Below, in pieces: positions 49,185 to 64,000 of a stretch of 64,000 nt of DNA. The notes under the pieces are model-generated. The model was not told the origin of the DNA. It worked only from the letters and a program-made list of their open reading frames with translations, and made no database searches. How positions within the stretch are numbered: the stretch's first letter is position 1; each line of letters opens with the position of its first letter. The position numbers were made by a program, and so were the translations under genes. The DNA comes from Anaeramoeba ignava BMAN (taxonomy: Eukaryota; Protista; Anaeramoebae): positions 401,506 to 465,505 of the forward strand of contig JAPDFW010000068.1 of assembly GCA_028826165.1 (NCBI GenBank). The letters run 5' to 3'.

Positions 49185-50356
49185 TTAAAGTCTTCTTCCA
49201 CGATGACCACCTTTTTTTCTTGTTCCATCTGTTGGAATTGGAGTAACATCTTCAATTCTTCCAATTTTGATTCCTGCTCTTGCTAAAGCACGAAGAGCTG
49301 CTTGTCCTCCTGGTCCAATTGCTCTTCTTCTATTTCCTCCTGAACCTCTAAGTTTTATATGAACAGCTCTGATATTAAGTTCCTTTTAAATAAGAAAGAG
49401 AAATTAATTTTAGAAATTTATATTTTTTTGATATTTTTATATTTTTTTTTGATTTGATATTTTTATATTTTTTTGATATTTTTATATATTTTTGATTTCA
49501 TGTTTTTATATTTTTTTTGATTTCATGTTTTTATATTTTTTTTCATTTCATATTTTTATATTTTTGTTCATTTCATGTTTTTATATTTTTGTTGATTTCA
49601 TGTTTTTATATTTTTGTTCATTTGATATTTTTATATTTTTTTTGATTTCATGTTTTTATATTTTTTTGATTTGATATTTTTATATTTTTGTTCATTTCAT
49701 ATTTTTATATTTTTGTTCATTTCATATTTTTATATTTTTGTTCATTTGATGTTTTTATATTTTTTTAAATCATTTCTCAATTTACTTTTAAACGAGCGGC
49801 AACATCTTGAGCTGCAAGCATAGCTGCATAAGGAGATGATTCATCTCTATCTGCTTTAACTTTCATTCCTCCTGTTAATAATAATAATAATCATAATAAT
49901 AATAATCATAATAAGAAAATGAAATTTTTAAATTTTTAAAATTATTCTTATTTACCAGTAATTCTAACAAGAGTTTCTCTTCCAGAAAGATCTGTAACAT
50001 GAATAAAGGTATCCTATTTTAATTTTATAAATAATTTTTAATTTTATAAATAATTTTTAATTTTCTAAATAATTTTTAATTTTCTATAATTTGATAAAAT
50101 AAAAAGAATAACAAACATTAAAAGAAGCAAGAATATGACAAACTCCAAAAACAAGTTCATTTGGTCTTGTTTTAGGTCCTAAAGTTTGTACTTCTTTTTG
50201 TTCTTCTTGTTCACCTGCTTTTGCTTTTGCTTTACCTCTTGCTTTTCTTGTTTTTTTTTGAGGAGCTTCTTTTTTTGGTTGAGCTTCTTTTTTTGGTTGA
50301 GCTTCTTTTTTTGGTTGTGTTTCTTTTTTAGGTTGAGTTTCTTTTTTAGTTGACAT
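49185..50356 (-). CDS. RPS14: 40S ribosomal protein S14 (uS11), 4 exons
   Basis: [11 protein letters not shown]|[19 protein letters not shown]|[25 protein letters not shown]...[37 protein letters not shown]. Confidence 0.98.
49420..49765. repeat. Intronic ~27-bp degenerate repeat (TTTCATATTTTTATATTTTTGTTCA-like)
   Basis: Last RPS14 intron. Confidence 0.85.
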
Positions 50357-50531
50357 TCTTTATAACTTTTTTTTTTTCTTTTTTGATTTTTTTTTTATTT
50401 GTTTTAAAAATTAATTTTCTATTGAAGAGAAAAAAAATGAAATTAAAAATTAAAAGAAAAAAAATTTTTTTTATTTTTTTTTTTTAAATGAGTATTTATT
50501 CCATCATAATTATTAAAAATTTCAAAATGAC

Positions 50532-54314
<3,783 letters not shown>

Positions 54315-54399
54315 TTTAAAAAATAAAAAACAAGAAAAAAATGAAAATGAAAAAAATGAAAAAAAATTTAAATTATTTTCGATCTCAATTTTCTCATTA

Positions 54400-55580
54400 A
54401 ATTTAATCTAAAATTATTTATTAATTTTAATCTAAATTTATTTATTAAATTTAATCTAAAATTATTTATTAATTTTAATCTAATTTTATTTATTAAATTT
54501 AATCTAAATTTATTTATTAATTTTAATCAAAATTTATTTATTAATTTTAATTAAAATTTATTTATTAATTTTAATTAAAATTTATTTATTAATTTTAATT
54601 AAAATTTATTTATTAATTTTAATCTAAATTTATTTATTAAATTTAATCTAAATTTATTTATTAATTTTAATCCAAATTTATTTATTAATTTTAATCTAAA
54701 TTTATTTATTAAATTTAATCTAAATTTATTTATTAATTTTTAATCCAAATTTATTTATTAAATTTAATCAAAAAATTTATTTATTAAATTTAATCAAAAT
54801 TTATTTATTAAATTTAATCTAAATTTATTTATTAAATTTAATCTAAATTTATTTATTAAATTTAATCAAAAATTTATTTATTAAAATTTAATCAAAATTT
54901 ATTTATTAATTTTAATCTAAATTTATTTATTAAATTTAATCTAAATTTATTTATTAATTTTAATCTAAATTTATTTATTAATTTTAATCTAAAATTTATT
55001 TATTAAATTTAATCCAAAATTTATTTATTAATTTTTAATCTAAATTTATTTTATTAAATTTAATCTAAATTTATTTATTAATTTTAATCCAAATTTTCTC
55101 ATTAAATTTAATCTAAATTTATTTATTAAATTTATTTTATTAAATTTATTTATTAAATTTAATCTAAATTTATTTATTAATTTTAATCTAAATTTATTTA
55201 TTAAATTTAATCTAAATTTATTTTATTAAAATTAATCTAAATTTATTTATTAATTTTAATCAAAATTTATTTATTAATTTTTATTTATTAAATTTAATCT
55301 AAATTTATTTATTAATTTTAATCTAAATTTATTTATTAATTTTAATCTAAATTTATTTATTAAATTTAATCCAAATTTATTTATTAATTTTAATCTAAAT
55401 TTATTTATTAATTTTAATCTAAATTTATTTATTAAATTTAATCTAAATTTATTTATTAATTTTAATCCAAATTTTCTCATTAAATTTAATCTAAATTTAT
55501 TTATTAAATTTAATCTAATTTTAATCTAAATTTATTTATTAAATTTATTTATTAAATTTATTAATAAAATTAATCTAAAA
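54400..55580. repeat. Intergenic ~24-bp minisatellite (AAATTTATTTATTAAATTTAATCT)
   Basis: Directly visible tandem units. Confidence 0.92.
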
Positions 55581-55780
55581 TTGATTAAGAAAAGTTATTT
55601 GAAAATTTATTTTTATTGATATTTTTTTCTTTTAAAAAGAGAAAAAAGAAAGAAGGAAAAGAGGAATCTACAAAACAGAACAAAAGAAAAAGAAAAAAAG
55701 AAAGAAAAAAAAAAAAGAAAGAAGAAAAAAAGAGAAAAAAAGCAAAAAAATTTGGAAGAAAAAATAAAGGCTATTTACAA

Positions 55781-56529
55781 TTACCAAGCACTTTTTCTTT
55801 TTCCACGATTAGGTTGATTTTTTCTCTTTTTAGCAATTTGATTTTGTTTTTGATTTTGATTTTTTCTTAAAGATTTAGAATTATTTCCATTTGCTTTTGA
55901 AGATTTTGAATTTGCTTTTGAATTTGATTTTGAAGATTTTGAATTTGAATTTTTAATTGAATTTTTTTCATTTTCTTTTGAATCAAGAATGCTACTTTCA
56001 TCAGGATAAGGAAAATCATCAGATTCCAAATAAATAGAAGTATAATGCTTCTCACATTCTCTATGAGTTTTAGTACCAACATGGGAAGCAATATCTAGCC
56101 AGTTTCCAAGACCATATAATTTAATAGCATCAAGTAAAAGTAATTCTTCAAGAACATCCCATTTATTACTAAAAATTCGTAATCTTTGTCCATGGATGAC
56201 TAAGTATGGATGATTTTTTTTATGAGTGTTTGTTTCCTTTCCTTTTGCAAAACAATCAACACAAAGATCAACATCAACGCAAACAGCACATCGAATACGA
56301 ACAGATTCTGTGATATCTCGACCACAAATATCACAATAAAATTCTGGAATACGTTTTGTTTTTTTTCTATTTTAAATTATTTAAATTTTTTTAATTATTT
56401 TAATTTTAATTATTTTAATTTTTTTGTTTATTTTCTTCTTTCTTTTTTTAATTTTAATTATAAAAAAAATTTTTTTTTAATTCGTTTTTTTTTTTTTTTT
56501 TTTTTCTTCTTTTTTTCTTACTTTAACAT
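55781..56529 (-). CDS. ADA2: ADA2-like protein: ZZ zinc finger + SANT domain only (short)
   Basis: ATG TTA AA|intron|..FYCDICGRDITESVRIRCAVCVDVDLCVDCFAKG..HKKNHPYLVI..FSNKWDVLEELLLLDAIKLYGLGNWLDIASHVGTKTHRECEKHY, then a basic tail and a stop at 55781. Confidence 0.8.
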
Positions 56530-57604
56530 TTGATAAAAGATTTTTAAAAACTTAATTTGGAAATTTGTTTTTAAATTTTAAATTTAAATTTGGATGTGAA
56601 TTTTTTATATTGTTTTGTTTTGTTTTGTTTTTTTTTTTTCGAATGGAAAAAAAAAAGATAATTTTATAAATGAATTGTAAAAAAAATAAAGTAAAAAATG
56701 TTGTAAAATAAGTTAATTTTTTTTTCTTTTTTTCTTTTTTTTTTTTGTTCTAAAGTTTAGTAATAAAATATAAAAGTTGAATAATTTTGATTTTTTTTTT
56801 TATAAAAGGATTAATATTAAAAAAATCCTATTAAATCTCAGATCTATTTTCCAATTCCTATCTATCCCTACATTTTTAAATTAAATTAAAATTTTTTTCA
56901 TTAGTTTATTTGAAATGAATTTATAAATATAATGATTAGTAAATTTATTTTCCAAAAATATCATTATTAAAATTAAATTAAATATTGTCAAATCAATTTC
57001 ACATTTTTATTTCTATGTAATCATATTAATTCAATAATAAATCCCCAACAAAATTAACTCATCAAATTATTTAAGCTATTGATTCAAATAATCTTCTCAA
57101 TCAAACATATTGAAAAATATATTTTAATAATATCATTTTGCCCACAATTATTAATTCATTTTTGTTATATTTTTATTTAGAAAAATAAAATCTAAATCAT
57201 AAAGTGTGTTGTATTGATTATTTTGATTTAATTTATAAATGAATATTTTATTAATTTTAATTCTCAATTATTTTCATTTTTTGAAAAAAAAAAATCAAAA
57301 ATTTTTCAATAGAAATTTTTTTTTGTGTTTTTTTTTTAATGTGATTTAATTTGAATACATTTTTGGATTTCGTTTAATCGAAAAGAAAAAGTTGAAGGAA
57401 TTGAAATGAAATCAAATCAAATTAAATTCTAAGAAAAGAAAAAAAATGAAATTTGATTTTTTGAAAAAAAAAAATTTGAAAAAACTTGAAATGAAAAAAA
57501 AAAAAGAGGAAATGCTTTTTGTTCATTGATAATCTTTATTGAATTATTTTTCATTAATAATTAATCTATGATATCAATTCTATTCATGTCGAAATCAATT
57601 TTTG

Positions 57605-60600
57605 TTATTTTTCTTCATTAAAGATATAAAATTCATCTTCTAAAATTAAATCAATTATTGAATTTTGATTTAATTGATAATAATCTTTGACATCCTCAAG
57701 TTCTTCAATGATTTGGTTTGTGAGATGGATTTCCTTATCAAACTCATCGTGATAAAGAAAATAAATTAATTGATTTATTGTTTCCAATGATTTTCTTGAA
57801 TAGTCGTGAACTTTATTGGATGAATCTTGAACACTTAAAAAGAAACATTCCTTTAAATAATTCGCTTCTTGTTATCAATACTAATTTATGAACTTTAATT
57901 TCTTTTTTCTTCCAACTATTATTGTGAAATCTTTTTGTTGATTCTTGTTGGAATAGTTGATGAAAATCTTGCAAAATTCCTTTTTCTTCCTTTCTTGGAT
58001 TTAACCCAATTTGAATCAAAACCCATTCCTTGGAAAAATTCTTCAATTGCTTCTTTATTTGCCAAATTTTCTCTTAAAATGGGATTTTTGGTTTCATTTT
58101 TGGCATGAGGAATAAAAATACTCTTTTTGCTTCTTGGAGGTTGTGGACTTGATTCTGATTGTTTGATTAATGCTTGCTTGATTTGTTCAAAATCGTGGAA
58201 TCCACTATAAAGAAAATTCAAAACAAGTTGGACATCTTCTTTTGATTTTTCCTGGTATGTGCTGATGAATTTTTGGAGCAATGCTTCATTGTTATCAAAT
58301 CTTGTTAACAAAAAAAATTTATGAACATTGAATTGGAAATAATCACTAGATTTAATCTGATAATCTGAAAAATTATCTTCTGAAGTGAAGAGTTGATATA
58401 CATCTTCATTAAGTGAATAAATTTTCAAAAACAAATCGCAAAAAGTTTGTGTAATTTCTTCCTTTTCTAAATCGTACATATCCGCATCGTTCATTAGCAG
58501 CAACATGATTCCTTTCTGGTTCTTCTTTTCAACCAAAATGGAAAGAGGTGTGTTTTCGAATGCATCTTTTGCATTTATATCGACCCCTTTTGAAATGAGA
58601 TATTGAAGTATTTCGCTTGAATTTTTATATTTGCAAGCTAAATGCAAAACTGTTTGATTAACTTGCGTTTTTGCATTGATATCTACTCCTTTTTCAACTA
58701 AATATTTGATTACTTCAATTGAATTTCGATATTGACAAGCTAAATGCAAAACTGTTTGATCAAATTGCGTTTTTGCATTGATATCTGCTCCTTTTTCAAT
58801 TAAATATTTGATTACTTCAATTGAATTTCTATTTAGACAAGATGAATGCAATATTGAACGATCATCGATATCTTTTTGGTTAATACCAAATCCCTTTTTA
58901 ATAAAAAATTCCATAATTTCAATTGAGTTATTTACATTCCGACAAACAAAATGTAAAATTGTTTGACCCCTTTTGTTTTGGACTTGCCCATCGGCTCCTT
59001 TTTCAATCATGTACTTGATAACTTCAAGAGAGCTGTATTGGCAAGCAAATTGCAAAGCGGTTTCTTTTCGAATTGTTTGGGCATTCATATTCACTCCTTT
59101 TTCAACCAGATATTTGATAACCCGAAATGATTGTTTTGATTTGCAAGCAATATGAAGCAAGGTTTCACCATAAACTGATTTTGAATTGATATCTGCTCCT
59201 TTTTCAATCAAATATTCAATAATTTCAAACGACAGGTTATTTTTGCAAGCAGTATACAAGGTATTTTCACCCAAAATTGTTTCTTCATTAATATCAACCC
59301 TGTTTTTGATCAAATATTGAATAAAATCAAGTGATGAATTTCGGTTTTCGCAGGCCAAATGCAAGATTGTTTGATCAAAATTTGTTTTGTCATGAATATC
59401 CACTCCTTCCTCGATTAAATATTTAGCAATCTGGAAAGGAGATTTTCTATTTTGGCAAGCCAAATGCAAAAGGGATTGGTTATTATTAGTTTTAATATTG
59501 ACACGGACTCCTTTTCTAACTAAGTATTTAATCACATCAAATGTATTTGAGCAACAAGCATAATGTAAGGTTGTCCAATTTTCAGTTGTTTTGTCATGAA
59601 GATCAAATCCTTTGGAGACTAAATACTTGATAGTTTCAATGGAGTTTTTCTGGCAAGCAAAATGTAAAATTGTTTCATGTTCGTGTGTCTTTGCATTGAT
59701 ATCAGCTCCTTCAGAAATCAAATACTTGATCAGTTGAATTGAATTATTCTTATTACAAGCATAATGCAATGGTGTTTCATTTGTATCTGTTTTAGCATTA
59801 ATATCAAATCCTTTGGAAATTAGATACTTGACAATATCGATTGATTGCTCATTTTTATTTTGGCAGGCATGATGCAGTACTGTTTTATATGAGAGTGTTT
59901 TTGCATGAATATAAGCTCCTTTTTCAGTCAAATATTTAATCACTTCAACTGAATTACTCTTTTTACAAGCAGAATGCAAAACGGAAATTCCAAAATTTGT
60001 TTTAGCATTGACATCAAATCCTTTGGAAACTAAATACTTGACAATTTCAAGTGCATCTTCATTTCTATTTTGACAAGCTAGATGCAAAATTGTCTCGTTT
60101 CCAATAACTTCAAAATTAGTATCAATTTTCTTGTATTGCAAATATTTGATAACCTCCAGTGAGTTGTATTTGCATGCGTAGTGTAAAGGTGAAAAACGGA
60201 ATTTTGTTTGTGAATAAATATCAAATCCTTTGGAAATGAAGAATTCAATCATTTTGATTGAATTCTCCCCTTTTAAATATTTGATCACAAAATGAATGAT
60301 TGATTTTCCTTTTTGATCCTTTAAATGAATTGAAACTCCTTTTTCTATCAATAACTCAATAATTTCTAATTCACAATTATTTTTGATTGAAATGTGTATC
60401 GAATTTCTTCCTCTTTTTTATCAAGTAAATTTGGATCGACTCCCTTTCTTATTAATTCTTTTATAATTTCTTTTTGAATTTGTTTTTATTGCAAATGTAA
60501 AATTGGTTTTCGATCTTTTTCAAAAACATTTTTCCGAAAAAGAATCAATTTTGTTCAATAAATCAAAATGATTCTTTTCAATAATTTGATAAATATCCAA

Positions 60601-60609
60601 ATTATTCAT
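57605..60609 (-). CDS. Intronless ankyrin-repeat (~20) + tandem BTB protein; several homopolymer frameshifts
   Basis: ORF 57919-60351 with GADINAKT..TPLHYAC repeats; BTB motifs FSDYQI..FNVHKFFLLTRF and IKVHKLVLITRSELFKGMF; C-terminus DYYQLNQNS; ATG 60609 (MNNLDIY). Confidence 0.88.
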
Positions 60610-60668
60610 CTATTCTTTTTAATTTTAATTTTCAAGTAAAAATAACTATTTAAAAAAAAAATTTTTTT

Positions 60669-60705
60669 TCATTTTTTTTCATTTTTCCATTTTTTTCATT
60701 TTTTT
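60669..60705 (+). promoter_or_regulatory. Tandem TCATTTT Inr-like motifs in the ~130-bp bidirectional spacer between the ankyrin-BTB gene and XPO5
   Basis: tcattttttttcatttttccatttttttcatttt upstream of ATG 60739. Confidence 0.5.
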
Positions 60706-60738
60706 CTGAATTAAAGAAAGAAAGAAAGAAAAAAAAAA

Positions 60739-63700
60739 ATGAATTATTCTCAAGAGGTTCAAGAATTAATTCATTGTATTGAATTGATTTATAATCCACA
60801 AACAGATCCTCAACAAAGACAACTTGCACAAAATTTTTGCGATAATTTTAAAAACAATATTGACAATTTAGAAACAGCATTTGAAATTTCGCAAAATGGA
60901 GAATTTTCAGCAACAGTTCGATATTTTGGATATCATTATCTCGAACATATTATGAGAAATGTTGAAGAATCTAATGTGGATTTGAAACAAAATCTGAAGT
61001 CAAAAATCCTGCATTTATTTTCAACTCAAATAATATTTTGCAAGAAAAACTTTTATTAAGGAAAAATTGTTTTCTCTTCTGAATGAAATTGTCAAAAAGA
61101 GAATGGCCTCAAAGATGGCCAAAATTTGTTGGAGGAGCTTATTAGTCTTGCTGATAAAGGCTTTTCAGAAAGAGAATTATGTTTGATATTTATTCGTTCA
61201 TTTTCTGATGAATTATATATTTATATTGAGGCTAAAAGATATAAGTGATCATAGAAGGAAAAATTTGAAAATTTCATTTTCAAAAGAAATCCCAAAATTA
61301 TTCAATTCATGGTTAAAATTTTGGAGGAGCATTACCAAAAATTCGCTCAAATTAGAGATTTGGCTCAATCTCAAGAAAATCAACCGCAAATACAAGATAA
61401 AATTGAAATGGAAAATGAATATCAGAGCCATTTAAAAATTTTAGTTGCAACTTTGAAGGCTTTTACTTCCTTGATTGATTGGATTCCATCAAGCGAAATT
61501 TATCGAAACTCTCTTTTGTTAGCCTTTTGCAATCTATTGACTGAACCTGAACTTAGAATGGTATCCATTTTTTAAGCAAGAAATCATTTTTCAAATATTC
61601 AATCTTAAATTCAAATATTCAATCTTAAATTCAAATACTCAATCTTAAATTCAAATTCGTTTGATTTCTTCTCTTCTTTTTTTTTTTCAAGTTTGCAATT
61701 GATTGTTTGATTGTATTTGGTTCAAAAACCCAGAAAATTAGCATGATAAGAGATAAAAAGGAGCAATTATATCAATTAATTTCAACAATTTGTAGATTTT
61801 CAGATTCTTTACTCGAGGAAAACTCTCTTGAACAAGATTATGCTTTTCAAAAGAAATTCTGTCAATTTCTTACAATTTTTACTCAAAATAATTCTGTTTT
61901 ATTTTCTAAGCCAAAAGATGAGCAAAAAGAAGACAATTTCTGAGTATTAACATTTCAAAATTTTCAACTAAAATTTCAAAATTCAAAAATTCATAATTTA
62001 ATTCAAAAATTTAACAGATTTCTTGATCTAATGCTCAAATTCTCAAATCATTCAAGCTTAATGGTTTCATCTTTTTGTTCTCCCCCTTTTTTGGATTCAT
62101 ATACTCCGAAAAACTTCTTTACTGGATCAAGAATCAACAAATCAATTACTTTCAAATATTTTTGATTTTTCTTTGATAAAATTGGTCAAAGTTAATTTCG
62201 AAGAAAACGAAACAAATCCAGCAAATAAATATATTATGATTGATTTTTTGATTGAAAGTGAATTTATTGAGTTTTACAAAATGTACAGGAAAAAATTGGT
62301 TAAATTACTTCAAATTTTGGGTCAAAAATACCCTCTTTTTAGTTTGAATAGATGGTTGAATATTTTGGTGAAGCTTTTTGAAGGAAGTGCTCAGGATTCT
62401 TCTTTTGTTTCTTATAATCAAATGAAAGCACTTTCCTTGGGAATTCAAGCAATTTTATCAAGAATTTCAAACAAAAAACGTCAAATGTATAAGGTTCAAC
62501 AATCAATAGAAAATGTCAAAAAAGCTGTTAATTATTTACTAACTTTTCAAACAACTGTATCTGAAAAAAATTTTTTTTTCTTTGAAAAGAATCATAAACA
62601 AAAATATTCAAATATTTAAAAAATTCAAAAATTTAAAAATTTAAAATGAAAATAAGGATCCTAAATTTCTTGCTCAAATATTTTCAATTCTTACATCTTT
62701 ATGCTTATTTTTAAATGAAAAAACTGAAGAAATTCAAAAGATTTTATCTCATGTAAATTGAAAAAAATTTGGAAAAAAAAAAAAAAATTTCTTTTATTGT
62801 TATTAATTTGTTTTGGTTTTTCTCAGTTATTTTCTTATATAACATACAAAACAGAATCAGATGATCAACAATCAACTAAATTAACTGAAGGAACTCAAAA
62901 AATTAGAATCAAAGCAAGTGAAGAAATTTTAAGATTATGTCAAGGAGAATCAAAAGCTTTATTAGTAAATGAAAAACAAAAATATTTATTTATAATTTTA
63001 TTGATATATATATTTTTGGATTAGAAATTCTTCCTGATTTAACACAAAATTTCCAAACTTTAACCTCAAATCAAGAAATTGGAGATGAAGAAAGAAATAA
63101 TCTTCTTAAATCCTTGGTTTCAGTTTCAAATGAATCGAAAACATTTAATTTGCAAGAACAGCTATTAGAAACTATATTAAATCAATATGTTTCCGATTTA
63201 ACCCAACTTAATTTTATAGGAGGAGATGATGAAGAAATACAACAATTTGTTTCAATAATAGGATTATCTTTAAATAATATCAAGAATATTCAAGAACTGG
63301 CTAATTATGCGAATAACAGAAGAAAAATCACCTCTTTACTCACATTGTTTTATGAAGTGCTAAAATCAAGTGAAGTTCCCAAAAATCCAAAAGAAAAATC
63401 AAAAGGTGATTTCGGTCCTTTTAAAATTGAAAATAATGTTTATGGCACAAAAGAAACCAATCACCAAAATTGCGGAATCCATCCTTCCCATTATCGCAAA
63501 AAGTTGATCAAATCCATTCATTCCATTTATGATCCCAAAATTTACGGGAATTTATTTACTCAAAGAACAATCACAATACATTTCGTCATTCAAACATCAC
63601 GAAGAACTAATTGATCCAGAATTAAAAGGATTGATTTATCGCAATGAAAATGTGAGTGAAAATGTGGATCTCAAATATTTTGATGAATACACTCATCTCA

Positions 63701-64000
63701 GGAATTGTCAAAATGGATGTTTTCAACACTCAAATTATGCTATCAAATCATCGGCATTTTTGGTGAGAATAACGACTTGTTTTATACTATTCCTGGGAAT
63801 TGATTTGTTAATCCAAAATTTTGTTCTTTTCTTCAGCTGAAAATTCCACAGACAGTCTTTTGCATTTATTATCAGAAAAAGTTCTAATTTTAACTTTCTT
63901 TTGAATTGTCCATTATCACAATATGACTTGTTGATCAATCCAATTTCTTTTCACTCCATTTTGGATTTTAACAATAAAACCTTGGGCTGGCAAACTTTAT
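60739..64000 (+). CDS. XPO5: Exportin-5/Msn5/HASTY-like karyopherin, multi-exon, 3' end runs off the window
   Basis: IYNPQTDPQQRQLAQNFCDNFK..VRYFGYHYLEH; FIKEKL..EIVK.REWPQRWP; SDHRRKNL; DYAFQKKFCQ. Short GT-AG introns and several apparent frameshifts. Confidence 0.8.

Noticed and set aside
56700-57300. Non-repetitive intergenic stretch with a short inverted repeat (AGGATT...AATCCT near 56807-56829)
   Set aside because: No ORF, tRNA or snRNA motif recognised; the hairpin is short and expected by chance at this AT content.

Overview
A very AT-rich, gene-dense eukaryotic (protist) window with GT-AG spliceosomal introns and about 17 protein-coding genes. I found no RNA genes, CRISPR arrays or recognisable transposases. 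Expanded ankyrin-BTB and BTB-BACK-TLDc families, TCATTTT initiator-like motifs before start codons and a Tom40 suggest an anaerobic metamonad such as Anaeramoeba (inference, not verified). Genes in order: RGS-DH-PH-MORN protein (partial), eIF2-alpha, ankyrin-BTB-BTB, MED24/Med5-like, GPI-anchored beta-propeller/Cys-rich/FN3 surface protein, TPR protein, BTB-BACK-TLDc, GT61 glycosyltransferase, a second BTB-BACK-TLDc, a giant CH-CH-(FN3)x26-GAR cytolinker, VPS24, TOM40, a vWA protein, RPS14, an MST/Hippo-like kinase with a SARAH-like domain, a short ADA2-like protein, an intronless ankyrin-BTB-BTB and exportin-5 (partial). The main finding is the ankyrin-BTB gene at 7166-9868. It appears to be built from one exon per ankyrin repeat plus nine microexons (eight of 3 nt, one of 6 nt), each flanked by AG and GT and spaced by normal-sized phase-0 introns. 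These microexons encode the variable beta-hairpin tip residues (the x-x of D-x-x-G-x-T-P-L-H). Several frameshifts lie in homopolymer runs and are probably long-read assembly errors. All exon models are manual readings without RNA data.
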